From an uncultured Planctomycetota bacterium (lineage in GTDB: Bacteria > Planctomycetota > PLA2 > JAEUHO01): a stretch of 64,000 nt of DNA. The position numbers were made by a program, and so were the translations under genes. The stretch is from NCBI GenBank assembly GCA_963752285.1, contig CAVVXN010000005.1, positions 1,536,001 to 1,600,000 on the forward strand, written 5' to 3'. The notes below the pieces were generated by a model. That model was not told the DNA's origin and searched no databases. It worked only from the letters and a program-made list of their open reading frames with translations. Positions 9,813-20,335 of this stretch are shown here, in pieces (positions within the stretch are counted from its first letter, which is position 1; each line of letters begins with the position of its first letter).

Positions 9813-10808
9813 TCACACGCCGTTCGAGGCGAGCGCCGATCTCTCGACCTCGGGGTGCACGCGGTCGCCGCCGCTCGCCTTCGCCGATCGAAGCAGCCGA
9901 TCGGCCTGCTGCACGAGCTGCGTGACCGAACGGGGCGCGCCGGCCTCGACCGCGACGACGCCCGCGCTCATCGTGACGGGACCTTCGACCGGCGCGTCCT
10001 CCGCGCGGCTCCGCGCCGCGACGTGGGCTCGCAGCCGCTCGGCGGCGATCACGGCCTGCTCGATGCCCTGCGCCTCCATCACGACCACGAACTCGTCGCC
10101 GCCGAACCGGTAGACGCTGTCGCCGCGCCTCACGGCCTCGCGCAGGAGGTCCGCGACCCACTGGATCGCGCGGTCGCCGCCCGTGTAGCCGCACTTCGAG
10201 TTGTAGCGGCGGAAGTCGTCCACGTCGAAGAGGGCGAACGCGAAGGGGCGCGCGTACCGCTCGGCGTTCGCGCGGAGCCGGCCGAGGTCCTCCTGGAGAC
10301 GGCGGCGGTTGGGCAGCCGCGTCAGGGCGTCGAGCCGGGCCTCCTCGAAGAGCGCCTGGTTCTGCGTCACGAGGTCACGGACGCGCGTCTCGAGCTCCTG
10401 GATGCGCTCCGCCTGTCGGCGCGCCGTCACGTAGACGGCGCGCTGCTTCAACGCGTGCTCGACCATCTCGCGCATGTGCTGGAGCTCGAACGGCTTCTTG
10501 AGGACGCCGAACGCCCACCTCCGGGTCTCGCCGAGCGCGTCGAGCATGCGCTGCTCGCCCGTCATGATCACGACCGGCGTGCGCTCCCGGAGCTGGCCGG
10601 CGGCGTTGCGGAGGAAGGTCGGCCCCGGCATGCGTGGGAGCTCGAGGTCGAGCAGCACCACGTCGTAACCGGCCGGCGCGAGGTACACGCGCTCGTAACC
10701 GTCGGTGCCGTCGCCGACGGCGTCGACGTCGTACCCCCAGCTCTCGAGCGCCTCGGACAGGAGCCTCGAGAGCGCCTCGTCGTCCTCGACGATCAGGATG
10801 CGAGCCAT
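9813..10808 (-). CDS. Response regulator receiver + GGDEF diguanylate cyclase
   Basis: MARILIVEDD...VLLDLELP...KPF; DALTRLPNRR, RRGD I-site, YRFGGDEF. Confidence 0.92.
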   Translation of the reverse strand: MARILIVEDDEALSRLLSEALESWGYDVDAVGDGTDGYERVYLAPAGYDVVLLDLELPRMPGPTFLRNAAGQLRERTPVVIMTGEQRMLDALGETRRWAFGVLKKPFELQHMREMVEHALKQRAVYVTARRQAERIQELETRVRDLVTQNQALFEEARLDALTRLPNRRRLQEDLGRLRANAERYARPFAFALFDVDDFRRYNSKCGYTGGDRAIQWVADLLREAVRRGDSVYRFGGDEFVVVMEAQGIEQAVIAAERLRAHVAARSRAEDAPVEGPVTMSAGVVAVEAGAPRSVTQLVQQADRLLRSAKASGGDRVHPEVERSALASNGV

Positions 10809-11024
10809 GGGAAGCTCCGGGCGGCCGGTCAGGCCCCGCCCCGGCCGCGCCCTGCCCGGCCGCCACCACCCGTCGGCCCGGCGGGCCGACAGACACCTAT
10901 CGACGCGTGTCCCCTGCATCTGAACCGAATCTTGAGAATTGTGTAAGCCGAGACTCGGGAACGGGTTAGGGATCCGATCCGCACGAGGGAGGGCCCCGTT
11001 TCGCCCCCGGCGTAGGATCCGCGG

Positions 11025-11705
11025 ATGGCCCCCGCCCGCGCGGTCCTGTTCGACCTCGACGGGACCCTCCTCGACACCCTGCTCGACCTCGCGCTCGCGG
11101 TGAACGAGGTCCTCGAGCGGGCGGGCCACCCGACCCGGCCCGTGGACGCCTACCGGCACCTCGTCGGGGACGGCATCCGAGAGCTCGTCCGGCGGGCCCT
11201 TCCTGCGGGGGCGCGCGGCCCGGACGAGGTCGAGACGCGGCTCGCGGAGATGCGCGCGGCCTACGGACGGCGCTGGCGGGACCACACGCGGCCCTACGAG
11301 GGGGCGACCTCCGCCCTCGCACAGCTTCGCGGGCGCGGGCTCCGCCTCGCCGTCCTCTCGAACAAGCCGGACGACTTCACGCACCTCTGCGTGGAGACGT
11401 TTCTCCCGGGGACCGGCTTCGAGGCCGTCGTGGGCGCGCGGGCCGATCGGCCGCTCAAGCCCGACCCGGCCGCGGCGACCGAGATCGCGCGCGGCCTCGG
11501 CGTGCCGCCCGGGCGGGTCCTCTACGTCGGCGACACGAGCACCGACATGCGCACGGCCGTGTCGGCCGGGATGGTGCCCGTCGGCGCGCTCTGGGGCTTC
11601 CGGGACGCCGGCGAGCTCCTCGCCTCGGGCGCGCGCCACCTCGTGGACCGCCCCGGCGCGCTGCTCGACCTCCCGGAGGTCCCGCCCCGCCCGCCGTCGG
11701 GATAG
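11025..11705 (+). CDS. HAD-superfamily hydrolase (phosphoglycolate phosphatase-like)
   Basis: FDLDGTLLDT, VLSNK, KPDP, YVGDTSTDM. Confidence 0.92.
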   Translation: MAPARAVLFDLDGTLLDTLLDLALAVNEVLERAGHPTRPVDAYRHLVGDGIRELVRRALPAGARGPDEVETRLAEMRAAYGRRWRDHTRPYEGATSALAQLRGRGLRLAVLSNKPDDFTHLCVETFLPGTGFEAVVGARADRPLKPDPAAATEIARGLGVPPGRVLYVGDTSTDMRTAVSAGMVPVGALWGFRDAGELLASGARHLVDRPGALLDLPEVPPRPPSG

Positions 11706-11728
11706 CCGGGCCGGGTCGGGTCGGGGGC

Positions 11729-12859
11729 TCACACGGGGGGCCGCGGCGACCCGAACCAGCGCCGCCACCCGCGCGGGCGGCTCCGCCGGACGAGCGCCTC
11801 GACCGCGCGCGCGAGGGACGGGGCGAGGTCGAGATCGAGGAGGTCGTCCCAGAGGGGGATCTCGCGCGCGGGGACGTGCGCGAGCCGGCTCACGGCGCGC
11901 GGAAGGTCCGCGTCCCGATCGAAGGTCTCGAACCGGCGAAGCTCGCCCGCGGCGGCGAGCGCGGTCATCGTGCGCAGGCACTCGGCGCACGCGCTGCAGT
12001 TGGGACGCTCGCCGCGCGCGGCGCGGCAGACCGAGAGGTGTCGCTGCGCCGGCGCGTAGTGGGCGATCCGGAGCACGCGGTCGCGACGCGGCAGGCCGGC
12101 GTCCTCGTGCTGGATCCGGACGCGGTGCGTGGACCACAGCTCGTCGGTGGACGGGTGCGTGCCCCACGCCTCCTCGCGGTCCTTCCGTCGAGACGACGGG
12201 ATCGAGAACGCGCCGAGCCGCGACGAGAGCAGGTGGCCGACGGCCGCGAGGGCGGCGCCGTGGCTCCGCTCCCAGGGGACCGAGGAGAAGTACGGGTGAC
12301 GACGGAGGTCGGAGCGCACGACGACGGCCCGCTTCCCCGTGTCGCGCGCGACCTCGCGGAGCGAGCGCTCCCACGCCGCGGCCCGGGGCGAGCCGCCGAG
12401 GGGGAGGTCGTAGCCGTGCGCCGACACGAGGTGGTCGTAGCGGGACGACGCGGAGAGCAGCGCGAAGAACGAGTCGACGCCGGCCGTGAACCAGAGGCCG
12501 TGGCCGGGCGCCGGAACGGCGTCGTCCCGTCGGACGTCCGCCATGTCGACGGGCCAGACGGCGGGATAGCCCCACCACTCGGCGTAGATGCCCGTGAGCG
12601 TCCGGGTGCCGAGCACCCACGTGGCGTCGAGCGGCGCGACCACGCGGATGTGGGCGCCGGCGTCGAGCGCGGGAAGGAGGAGAAGGCCCGCGAACGCCTC
12701 GGTGGAGCGCGTGAAGGAGGCGTCCTTCGACTCGAACCGGATGGGCCGCCCGCCCACCGTCACGCCGACGCGCTCGAGGCCGTCCTCGCGCCGGCGCTCG
12801 ACGGGGCCGAGCTCCCAGACGACTCGGTGCCGGGCCTCTCTCGAACGACGCCCCCACAT
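11729..12859 (-). CDS. Hypothetical protein with adenine-nucleotide alpha-hydrolase (PP-loop/QueC-like) features
   Basis: FTAGVDS (SGGxDS-like) and C-terminal VC...NCSACAECLRT; start uncertain (ORF is open to 12988). Confidence 0.65.
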   Translation of the reverse strand: MWGRRSREARHRVVWELGPVERRREDGLERVGVTVGGRPIRFESKDASFTRSTEAFAGLLLLPALDAGAHIRVVAPLDATWVLGTRTLTGIYAEWWGYPAVWPVDMADVRRDDAVPAPGHGLWFTAGVDSFFALLSASSRYDHLVSAHGYDLPLGGSPRAAAWERSLREVARDTGKRAVVVRSDLRRHPYFSSVPWERSHGAALAAVGHLLSSRLGAFSIPSSRRKDREEAWGTHPSTDELWSTHRVRIQHEDAGLPRRDRVLRIAHYAPAQRHLSVCRAARGERPNCSACAECLRTMTALAAAGELRRFETFDRDADLPRAVSRLAHVPAREIPLWDDLLDLDLAPSLARAVEALVRRSRPRGWRRWFGSPRPPV

Positions 12860-13020
12860 GCGGCCTCTCGTGACCGTCCGGTCCGACCCGGACCGGGGGG
12901 CGTCACGATAGCCGCGCCCCTCGCCGCGCACGCGGGAAGCCTCGGCGACCCGCGCCGCGGGGCCCCGGCGCCCCCGTCCGTCGTACAACGTCCGCTTCCC
13001 TCGGGAGGAGGCGACCGACG

Positions 13021-15579
13021 ATGAGCACCTGCGAGCGCGCGGGGCGCGGAGGAGAGTTCACGCTCCCCGGCGCCGAGCCCCACTACCCGCCGGACCTGCT
13101 CCTCGAGCCGGTGCACCTCGCGATGGACCTCCGGGTGGACGTGCCCACCCGGCGGCTCGAGGGGTCGGTCACCCACACGATCCGCTCGCGAAGCGTGCGG
13201 GCTCACCGGCTCCGGCTCGACGCGGTCTCGTTCGCGGACGTCGCGGTCCGGGACCTCGACGAGCACGCGCTCTCGTGGCGATACGACGGCCGGACGATCG
13301 AGGTGGACTGGGCCGAGGACGTGCCCGAGGGCGAGGAGCGGCGCCTCGAGATCCGCTATCGCGTCGAGGACCCGACGACGGGGCTCTTCTTCGGGCGTCC
13401 GGGCGCCGCGGCACAGGGCGACCTCGGCTGGGCGGCCACCGACCACGAGACCGAGCGCGCCCGGTACTGGCTCCCGACGGTGGACCTCCCCCACGTGCGG
13501 CCGACCCTCGACGTGCGGCTCCGCGCGGACGCACGGTTCACGATCCTCGGCCCGGGCCGTCTCGTCGGCGAGAAGGCGCACGACGACGGGACGAAGACGG
13601 CGCACTGGCGGCTCGAGCAGCCGTGTCCGTCCTATCTCACGTGCTTCGCGCTCGGCGACTTCGTCCGCTTCGACGACGGCGCGTTCGAGGGACGTCCGGT
13701 CGCGTACTTCACGAGCCGCGCGTTCTCGTCCGCGGACCTCCAGCGCTCCTTCGGCCGGACGAAGGAGATCCTGGCGTGGATGACGAAGCGCCTGGGTCAC
13801 CCGTTCCCGTTCCCGAAGTACTACCAGTTCGCGCTTCCCGCCTTCGGCGGCGCGATGGAGAACGTCTCGCTGGTGTCGTGGGACGACCAGTTCGTCCTCG
13901 ACGAGCGGCTGGCGCGCGAGTGGAAGCCGCTCGTGGACGTCATCAACGTGCACGAGATGGCGCACTCCTACTTCGGCGACATGGTCGTATGCCGCGACTA
14001 CGCGCACGCGTGGCTGAAGGAGAGCTGGGCGACGTACACCGAGAGCCTCTGGCTCGAGGACGTCCACGGCGAAGACGAGGCGCTGTACCACCGCTGGGCC
14101 GGCTTCCTCGCGTACCGCACGGAGGCCGACGAGGGCTACCGGCGCCCGATCGTCACGCGGACGTTCAACCACTCGTGGCAGATGTACGACCGCCACCTCT
14201 ACCCGGGGGGCGCGGCGCGGCTCCACCTGCTCCGCACGGAGCTCGGGGACGAGGCGTTCTTCCGAGGCGTCTCGCGCTACCTCGATGAGCACGCGTTCGG
14301 CACGGTCGAGACCGACGACTTCCGGCGCGCCATGGAGGCCGCGAGCGGCCGGTCGCTCGTTCGGTTCTTCGACCAGTGGCTGCTAGGTAAGGGCTACCCC
14401 AAGGTCAAGGCGGGCTACGCGTACGACCCGCGACGCGGCGAGGCGACGATCACCCTCGAGCAGACGCAGGTGGACGAGAAAGAGGGGGTCGGCCTCTTCG
14501 ACCTTCGCTTCGACGTCCAGGTCGTGGTCGCGGGGACGGCGCACGCCCGCGAGGTCCGACTCTCGCGCGCCAAACAGGTCGTGGTGATCCCCGTCCCCGG
14601 CGCGCCGGAGCAGGTCCGCGTGGACCCCGACGCGCGCGTGCCGATGGCGCTCGAGCTCGCGCCGGGCGACGACCTCCTCCGCCGGCAGCTCGCGTCCGCG
14701 CCCGACGTCGTGGGTCGGGTCCTCGCGGCGCAGGAGCTGTGCCGCTCCGGGAAGCGACCGAACGTCGAGGCGGTGGGGCGCGCGTACGCGTCCGAGCCGT
14801 TCTGGGGCGTCCGCGAGCAGATGGCCGAGGCGCTCGCGAAGACCGAGACCGGGGCCGCCGTCGTGGCGCTGGCGCGCGCGGTCGAGACGGAGCAGGACCC
14901 GCGCGTGCTCGAGCGGCTCTTCGCCCACGCCGGGCGGATGCGCGCGCCCGAGATCCGCGAGGCGCTCGAGGCGCGCCTCGACGGGGGGCTCGACCTGTAC
15001 CGCGCGCGCGGCGCGGCGTACGAGGCGCTCGGCCGCCAACGCGGCGACGCGCCCCTCGCGCGTCTCCTCGAGAGCGCCCGCGTGCCCGACCGGTACGGCT
15101 TCGAGCAGTCCGGCGCGTTTCGCGCGCTGGCGGCGACCCGGAGCGAGGACGCGCTCGACACGCTGCTCGCGGCCGCGGTCCCCGGCGGCAGCCCGGACCG
15201 CGCACGACCGTTCGCGGCGCTCGCGGCGGGCCAGCTCGCGCGGTACCTGCCGCGCGCGGCCCGCGCGCGCGTCGCCGACGTCCTCGTCGAACGTCTCCGA
15301 GACCCCGTGGTCCGCGTGCGCCACGCGGCGGTCCAGGGCCTCAAGGCGCTCGGCGAGAGAAGCGTGCTCCCGGCGCTCGAGGCCTTCGCGTCCTCGGAAT
15401 CGGACCAGGTGCGGGTGATGGTCGAGCGGGCGATCCAGGGCCTCCGCGGCGACCAGGAGCCGCGTGCCCCCGAGACCGAGAAGCGGCTCGACGAGCTGCA
15501 GACGCGCCTCCGACGCCTGGAGGACACCGTCGAGCGCCTCCGGGCGCTCTCGGAGAACGATCCGGGACTTCCGGCTTGA
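13021..15579 (+). CDS. M1 family aminopeptidase with C-terminal HEAT-like repeats and coiled coil
   Basis: GGAMEN, HEMAH-x18-E (WLKES), helical repeats, C-terminal LDELQTRLRRLE; GGAGG SD. Confidence 0.93.
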   Translation: MSTCERAGRGGEFTLPGAEPHYPPDLLLEPVHLAMDLRVDVPTRRLEGSVTHTIRSRSVRAHRLRLDAVSFADVAVRDLDEHALSWRYDGRTIEVDWAEDVPEGEERRLEIRYRVEDPTTGLFFGRPGAAAQGDLGWAATDHETERARYWLPTVDLPHVRPTLDVRLRADARFTILGPGRLVGEKAHDDGTKTAHWRLEQPCPSYLTCFALGDFVRFDDGAFEGRPVAYFTSRAFSSADLQRSFGRTKEILAWMTKRLGHPFPFPKYYQFALPAFGGAMENVSLVSWDDQFVLDERLAREWKPLVDVINVHEMAHSYFGDMVVCRDYAHAWLKESWATYTESLWLEDVHGEDEALYHRWAGFLAYRTEADEGYRRPIVTRTFNHSWQMYDRHLYPGGAARLHLLRTELGDEAFFRGVSRYLDEHAFGTVETDDFRRAMEAASGRSLVRFFDQWLLGKGYPKVKAGYAYDPRRGEATITLEQTQVDEKEGVGLFDLRFDVQVVVAGTAHAREVRLSRAKQVVVIPVPGAPEQVRVDPDARVPMALELAPGDDLLRRQLASAPDVVGRVLAAQELCRSGKRPNVEAVGRAYASEPFWGVREQMAEALAKTETGAAVVALARAVETEQDPRVLERLFAHAGRMRAPEIREALEARLDGGLDLYRARGAAYEALGRQRGDAPLARLLESARVPDRYGFEQSGAFRALAATRSEDALDTLLAAAVPGGSPDRARPFAALAAGQLARYLPRAARARVADVLVERLRDPVVRVRHAAVQGLKALGERSVLPALEAFASSESDQVRVMVERAIQGLRGDQEPRAPETEKRLDELQTRLRRLEDTVERLRALSENDPGLPA

Positions 15580-15672
15580 CCCTTCGAGAGCCCACGCCGT
15601 AGCCTCCCCGCACGCGGAGGGGACACCGCCTCGGGGGATGGGCGTCCTCGGGCGCCGCGAGGGAGGCTCACG

Positions 15673-16095
15673 ATGGGGAACGACGACAAGGACGGCGGGG
15701 GGATCGTCGCCAACTACTGGATCTGGGTCCTCGTCGTGCTGCTCGGCTTCGGGGTCGGGCTCGGGCTCGGCGCGCTGATCTGGGGATCGGGGGGAGAGCC
15801 GCCGCCGCCGGTCAGCTCGCCGTGGCCCTGCGAGAGCTGCGCGAACACCGGCCAGCCCGCGATCGCCGGTCTCGCCGGGATCTACAAGCTGGCGGAGCTC
15901 GCGCACGACGCCGGAACCCTCGCGCAGAAGGACTACGACGACGTCTGCCGGTTGGTGGCGAAGTGCGCCACGAACAACGACCCGGTGCCGAAGCTGACGC
16001 CCGACCAGCACTGCGACGAGATCAAGCAGGCCCTCACGGCGGCCGGCGACGGCGACTGGGTACAGTGCATCATGCACCTGGGCCACGGTCACTGA
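15673..16095 (+). CDS. Small membrane-anchored Cys-rich hypothetical protein
   Basis: GGAGG SD, one TM helix (WIWVLVVLLGFGVGLGLGALIW), Pro linker, 6 Cys, HLGHGH end, coding-like codon usage. Confidence 0.75.
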   Translation: MGNDDKDGGGIVANYWIWVLVVLLGFGVGLGLGALIWGSGGEPPPPVSSPWPCESCANTGQPAIAGLAGIYKLAELAHDAGTLAQKDYDDVCRLVAKCATNNDPVPKLTPDQHCDEIKQALTAAGDGDWVQCIMHLGHGH

Positions 16096-16198
16096 CCGCC
16101 GCGGCTCGTCGCCTCGCGTCGTCCTGTGGCGGCGGCGACGTCGGACCTCGGCCGCCGACGCACGATCGACGACGCGGCCCGGCCGATCGCCCGTCTCG

Positions 16199-19100
16199 TC
16201 AGGCGCCCGCGACCGCGAAGGGCCTCGCGCCCCGTCCGACGCGCCACGCCGCGAGGAGGGAGTCCTGCTCGTTCGACGAGGCGAGCGCCGACGCGACGCG
16301 TTCGATCGGCAGGGGGACCTTCCGCGGCGTCGCCGCCACGACGTCCGCGAGGCGCGCGAGCGCCGCCTCGATCCAGACGTGGCCGAGACGTCTCGCCCGC
16401 TCGGTCGCGTCGCCGAGCTCCAGATCGTTCGCGAGAACCCCCTGCTCCCTCCGGCGGGCCTCGAGCGTCCACCAGGTCGCGAGGAGGTCGAGCTCCGCGC
16501 GGCGGTAGTCCTTCGAGGGCCGCACGAGCGCCCGCGCGCCCGCGCGGAGCCGCTCCACGTCGCCGTCCACGCACGCGAAGGCCCGCGCGCCGTCGACGAC
16601 CGTGCGCGCGGGCGCGAGGGCCGGCGCGTCGCCGAGACGCGCGAGGCACCGTTCGGCGTCGTCGAGCGCCGCGGCGGGCAGCCCGAACAGGTACGCCTCG
16701 GCGATCTGGGGCGCCACGCGCGCCGCGACGCCTGCCCCGAAGGTGGCGGCGCGCCGGAGGGCGTCCTCGGCGGCGCCGTGCGCGCCCGCGTCGTCGCCGA
16801 GGAACGCCCGGATCCGCATCTCGGAGAGCGAGAGGTCCACGAGGAAGTCTTCCGCCCCCGCCGCCTCCGCCGCGGCGCGCGCCGCCACGAGGGTCTCCCG
16901 CGCGCGGTCCAGATCCCCACGGACGGTCGCCAGGAGCGTCGAGAGCTCCAGCGCCTCGAAGCGAGACGACGCGCCCACCTCGTCCCCCAGCACGCGCAGG
17001 GTCTTCGCCACCCGCCGCTCGGCGGCGCCGATGTCGCCCCCGCCGTAGTGGGCGCGCGCGAGGTAGAGGCCCGCGTGCGCCGCGAGCTGCGCCGAGCCCG
17101 ACAGCGCGAGCGTGTGAACCGCGCGCTCGAGGGAGCTGAGCAGGTCGGCGTCCACGCGCCGGCCCATGCGGAGTACGGCCTGGAACACGCGGCTCACCGC
17201 GGCGTTCACGGTCTTCCCGCTCGCCTCCGACATGCCGATCGACTCGCCGTAGAGCTGCTCCGCCTCCTCGTCGTGGCCCTCCTCCTCCGCGACCTGACCG
17301 AGCGCGTGACGGACGGTCGCGGCGAGCGCGCCGAGCCCCAGCGCGTCGCAGATCTCCCGGGCCTCCTCGAGGAGCGCGCGCGCCGCGGGGTTGTCGCCGC
17401 GGAACAGTGCGCACCGGGAAGCGACGTAGAGACCGCGGACGCGGTCGCTCCCGGCCGGGAGCCGGCGGGCCGCGGTCACGAGACGGGCGCAGTCGATCTC
17501 GCGCGACCCTCGCGCGTGGAGCTCGAGGTCGTAGCCCCACACCGTCGCGCGGTCCTCCAGCGCGCGGTCCGCGAGCGCGCGCGCGGCGGCGCCGACGCGA
17601 TCGACGAGCGCGCGGGCCTCGTCGTGACGCCCGAGGTCCGAGAGGCTCCCGGCGAGCGCGAACAGGAGGCCGGCCTCGCCCTGCGCCTCGGCGTCGCCGA
17701 TCGGACCGGGATGGAGCCCGGCCCGGCGCGCGAGGTCGAGCGCTCGGAGGTACTGCTGCCGCGAGGCGGCGCCCTGCGCCGCCCGGGCGAGGTAGGGCGC
17801 CGCCTCGCCGGGCTCTCCGGCGCGCTCCCAGTGGAGTCCCATGCGCTCCGGGTCCACGGAGGCGCCGTCCGCCCGGGACGCGAGGTGCGCGGCGAGGCGC
17901 CGGTGCATGGCCCGACGAAGGTCGGCTCCGATGTCCCCGTAGATCACCTCCTGGAAGAGGCTCTGCGCGAAACGGTAGCCCCGCGGCAGCGGAACGACGA
18001 TGCCGTGGGGTCGGTAGAGGCGCTGCAGCGTGCGCAGCACCCGGAGCAGGTCCTCCTCGAGCACCGCGGCGAGCGCCTCGCCGTCGAACCGGAGCCCGTC
18101 CACCGCGGCCGCCTCGAGCGTGCTCCGTTCGTCGGCCGAGAGCGCGGCGAGCCGGCGCCGGACCACGTCCTCCAGGCGGGGCGGGAGGTCGCCCCGTCCC
18201 CAGCCGGGGCCGGGTCCCACGCGGTCCTCCGTCACCTCGACCTCCCCGGTCGCGCAAAGGTGCCGCTCGAGCTCGAGCGCGTAGAGCGGGTTCCCTCCCG
18301 AGCGCTCGAGCACGCGGTCGACGACCTCCGCGGCGATCGCCCGTCCCTTCGCCTCGCGCTGGAGCAGGTCGAGCACGGCCTCGCGCGGCAGGGGGCCGAG
18401 CTCCAGACGCACCACGTGCGGGAGGGTCGCGAGGCTGGCGACGGCGCCGTCGATTCGCGCCTGCCGCTCCGGGTCGTCGGCGTCGTAGGTACGCAGGGCG
18501 ACGACGATCAGGACCGGGCTCTCGGCGAGACGCGACGCCACCGCCTTCAGGAGCTGGAAGTCCTCCGCCTCCGCGTTCCGCACGTCCTCGACGATCAGTC
18601 CGAGCGGACGATCGCGCGCGAGGCCCATCGCGAGCTGCTCGAACAGCCACGGGAGCTGACGCGCGTCGTCGTCGGGCTTCGGGGTCTCCGCCCGAAGCAG
18701 TCGCTCCCACCCGCCGGCCGCGGGCCCGAACCGGGCGGTGGTGAGCGGGACGCGGCCCGACGCGCCGTCGTCGCCGACGGCGGCGCGGCCCGCCTCGAGC
18801 AGCGCCGGCCAGAGACCTCCGACGGGCGCGACGCGGGCGAGGAGCCAGCGAAACCCGCGCGCCTCGGTCCGGAGCCGGAGCTCTTCCAGGAGGCGCGACT
18901 TCCCGATGCCGCCCTCCCCCGTGACCAGGGCCACGCGGCCCTGTCCGCCGGCGACCGACGCGGCCACGTCCTCGAGTCGCCCCATCTCCGCGCGACGATC
19001 GAGCAGGGGGCTCGACGTGCGCACCTCGTCCCCCGCGGGGCCGGGGCGCAGCACGGGAGCGCCGAGTGCGCCGAGCGAGCCGAGCCAGTCGAGGATCTCG

Positions 19101-19882
19101 CGGCACGAGGCGGGACGGCCCTCCGGCTGTTTCGACAGGCAGCGCATCGCGAGCGTGACGAGCTCCGTGGGCACGCCGGGCGGCGGCAGACGCGGCTCGA
19201 CGTGCTGGACGGCGTAGAACAGCGCCTGCACGTCCTCGGCGGCGAAGGGGAAGGCGTGGGTGATCATCCGGTAGAGGACCACGCCGACCGCCCACAGGTC
19301 CGACGCCACGGCGTGGCGCTCGGCGCGGAGCACCTCGGGCGCCATGTAGAGCGGCGTGCCCCGGATCCCGCCGGTGCTTCGCATGAGGCTCGCATCGCCG
19401 AGGCGCATGCCGAGCCCGAAGTCGGTGATCTTGACCTCGCCCTCGCGGCCGAGCAGGACGTTCTCGGGCTTCACGTCCCCATGGGACACGCCCTGGCGGT
19501 GGGCCGCGTCGAGCCCCTCGAGCACGCCTCCCAGGACGCGAAGCGTCTCCTCGCGGCTCATCGCGCCCGCGACGAGCCGTTGCTCGAGCGTCCCCCCGTC
19601 CACGTACTCCATCTCGAGCATGTAGGCGCCGGGCTCGGGCTCGTGGTCGCGGTAGAGCGTCACCACGTGTGGATTCGCGATGCCGCCGACGATCCGCGCC
19701 TCCCGGCGCAGGTGCTCGCGATCGACGCCGAGGTCCGAGAGGACGTGGGCGTGGAAGGCCTTCAGCGCGACCCGGCGCTCGAACCCCGGGTCCCACGCGC
19801 GCCACACCTCCGCGAACGCGCCCGCGCCGAGGAGCTCCTCGACCACCAGGTTGTCGATGCGAAGGCCGGGGCGGATCTCCAT
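16199..19882 (-). CDS. Ser/Thr protein kinase + AAA/STAND ATPase + TPR-like repeats
   Basis: GAGAFAEV, VALK, HGDVKPEN, DFG, YMAPE; Walker A GEGGIGKS, Walker B LIVED, GGNPL; helical C-terminus. Confidence 0.9.
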   Translation of the reverse strand: MEIRPGLRIDNLVVEELLGAGAFAEVWRAWDPGFERRVALKAFHAHVLSDLGVDREHLRREARIVGGIANPHVVTLYRDHEPEPGAYMLEMEYVDGGTLEQRLVAGAMSREETLRVLGGVLEGLDAAHRQGVSHGDVKPENVLLGREGEVKITDFGLGMRLGDASLMRSTGGIRGTPLYMAPEVLRAERHAVASDLWAVGVVLYRMITHAFPFAAEDVQALFYAVQHVEPRLPPPGVPTELVTLAMRCLSKQPEGRPASCREILDWLGSLGALGAPVLRPGPAGDEVRTSSPLLDRRAEMGRLEDVAASVAGGQGRVALVTGEGGIGKSRLLEELRLRTEARGFRWLLARVAPVGGLWPALLEAGRAAVGDDGASGRVPLTTARFGPAAGGWERLLRAETPKPDDDARQLPWLFEQLAMGLARDRPLGLIVEDVRNAEAEDFQLLKAVASRLAESPVLIVVALRTYDADDPERQARIDGAVASLATLPHVVRLELGPLPREAVLDLLQREAKGRAIAAEVVDRVLERSGGNPLYALELERHLCATGEVEVTEDRVGPGPGWGRGDLPPRLEDVVRRRLAALSADERSTLEAAAVDGLRFDGEALAAVLEEDLLRVLRTLQRLYRPHGIVVPLPRGYRFAQSLFQEVIYGDIGADLRRAMHRRLAAHLASRADGASVDPERMGLHWERAGEPGEAAPYLARAAQGAASRQQYLRALDLARRAGLHPGPIGDAEAQGEAGLLFALAGSLSDLGRHDEARALVDRVGAAARALADRALEDRATVWGYDLELHARGSREIDCARLVTAARRLPAGSDRVRGLYVASRCALFRGDNPAARALLEEAREICDALGLGALAATVRHALGQVAEEEGHDEEAEQLYGESIGMSEASGKTVNAAVSRVFQAVLRMGRRVDADLLSSLERAVHTLALSGSAQLAAHAGLYLARAHYGGGDIGAAERRVAKTLRVLGDEVGASSRFEALELSTLLATVRGDLDRARETLVAARAAAEAAGAEDFLVDLSLSEMRIRAFLGDDAGAHGAAEDALRRAATFGAGVAARVAPQIAEAYLFGLPAAALDDAERCLARLGDAPALAPARTVVDGARAFACVDGDVERLRAGARALVRPSKDYRRAELDLLATWWTLEARRREQGVLANDLELGDATERARRLGHVWIEAALARLADVVAATPRKVPLPIERVASALASSNEQDSLLAAWRVGRGARPFAVAGA

Positions 19883-20335
19883 CCCACCTCCGACCGCGGA
19901 CTGTCCCGAGAGCGCGACCGGAGGTCAAGCCGCCGCCCCCGAGGGCCCGGCGCGCGCGCCCCCACGCGTCGCCGAGGACTCCGCGCGGGCGCGACCTCGC
20001 GACGCCACCGAACGCGCGGGCGGGCGCCGGGACGCGACCCCGTCCTCGCGCGCGGGCCGACGGCCGTCGGAGGCGCGAACGGGCCCGGCCCGGGATCGCG
20101 GGGCGGGCCGACCGCCCGGGCCCCCTCCCGGGCCCCACCACGGCGCGCGTCCTTGGTGCGGGCGATCGTCGGGCCGGTAGAGAGGCCGGCCGTCGCGGGA
20201 CGTGCCGGGTCGGGCGCACGCCCCTCGACGTCCGACATGATGGGCCCCCCGGGAAGCGCTTCGGCCGCCGCGCCCCCGGTCGCCGGCTCTCGGGAAGAGC
20301 TCGCGCCGAGTCCCGCGGCAGGGATCCTCCACGGC

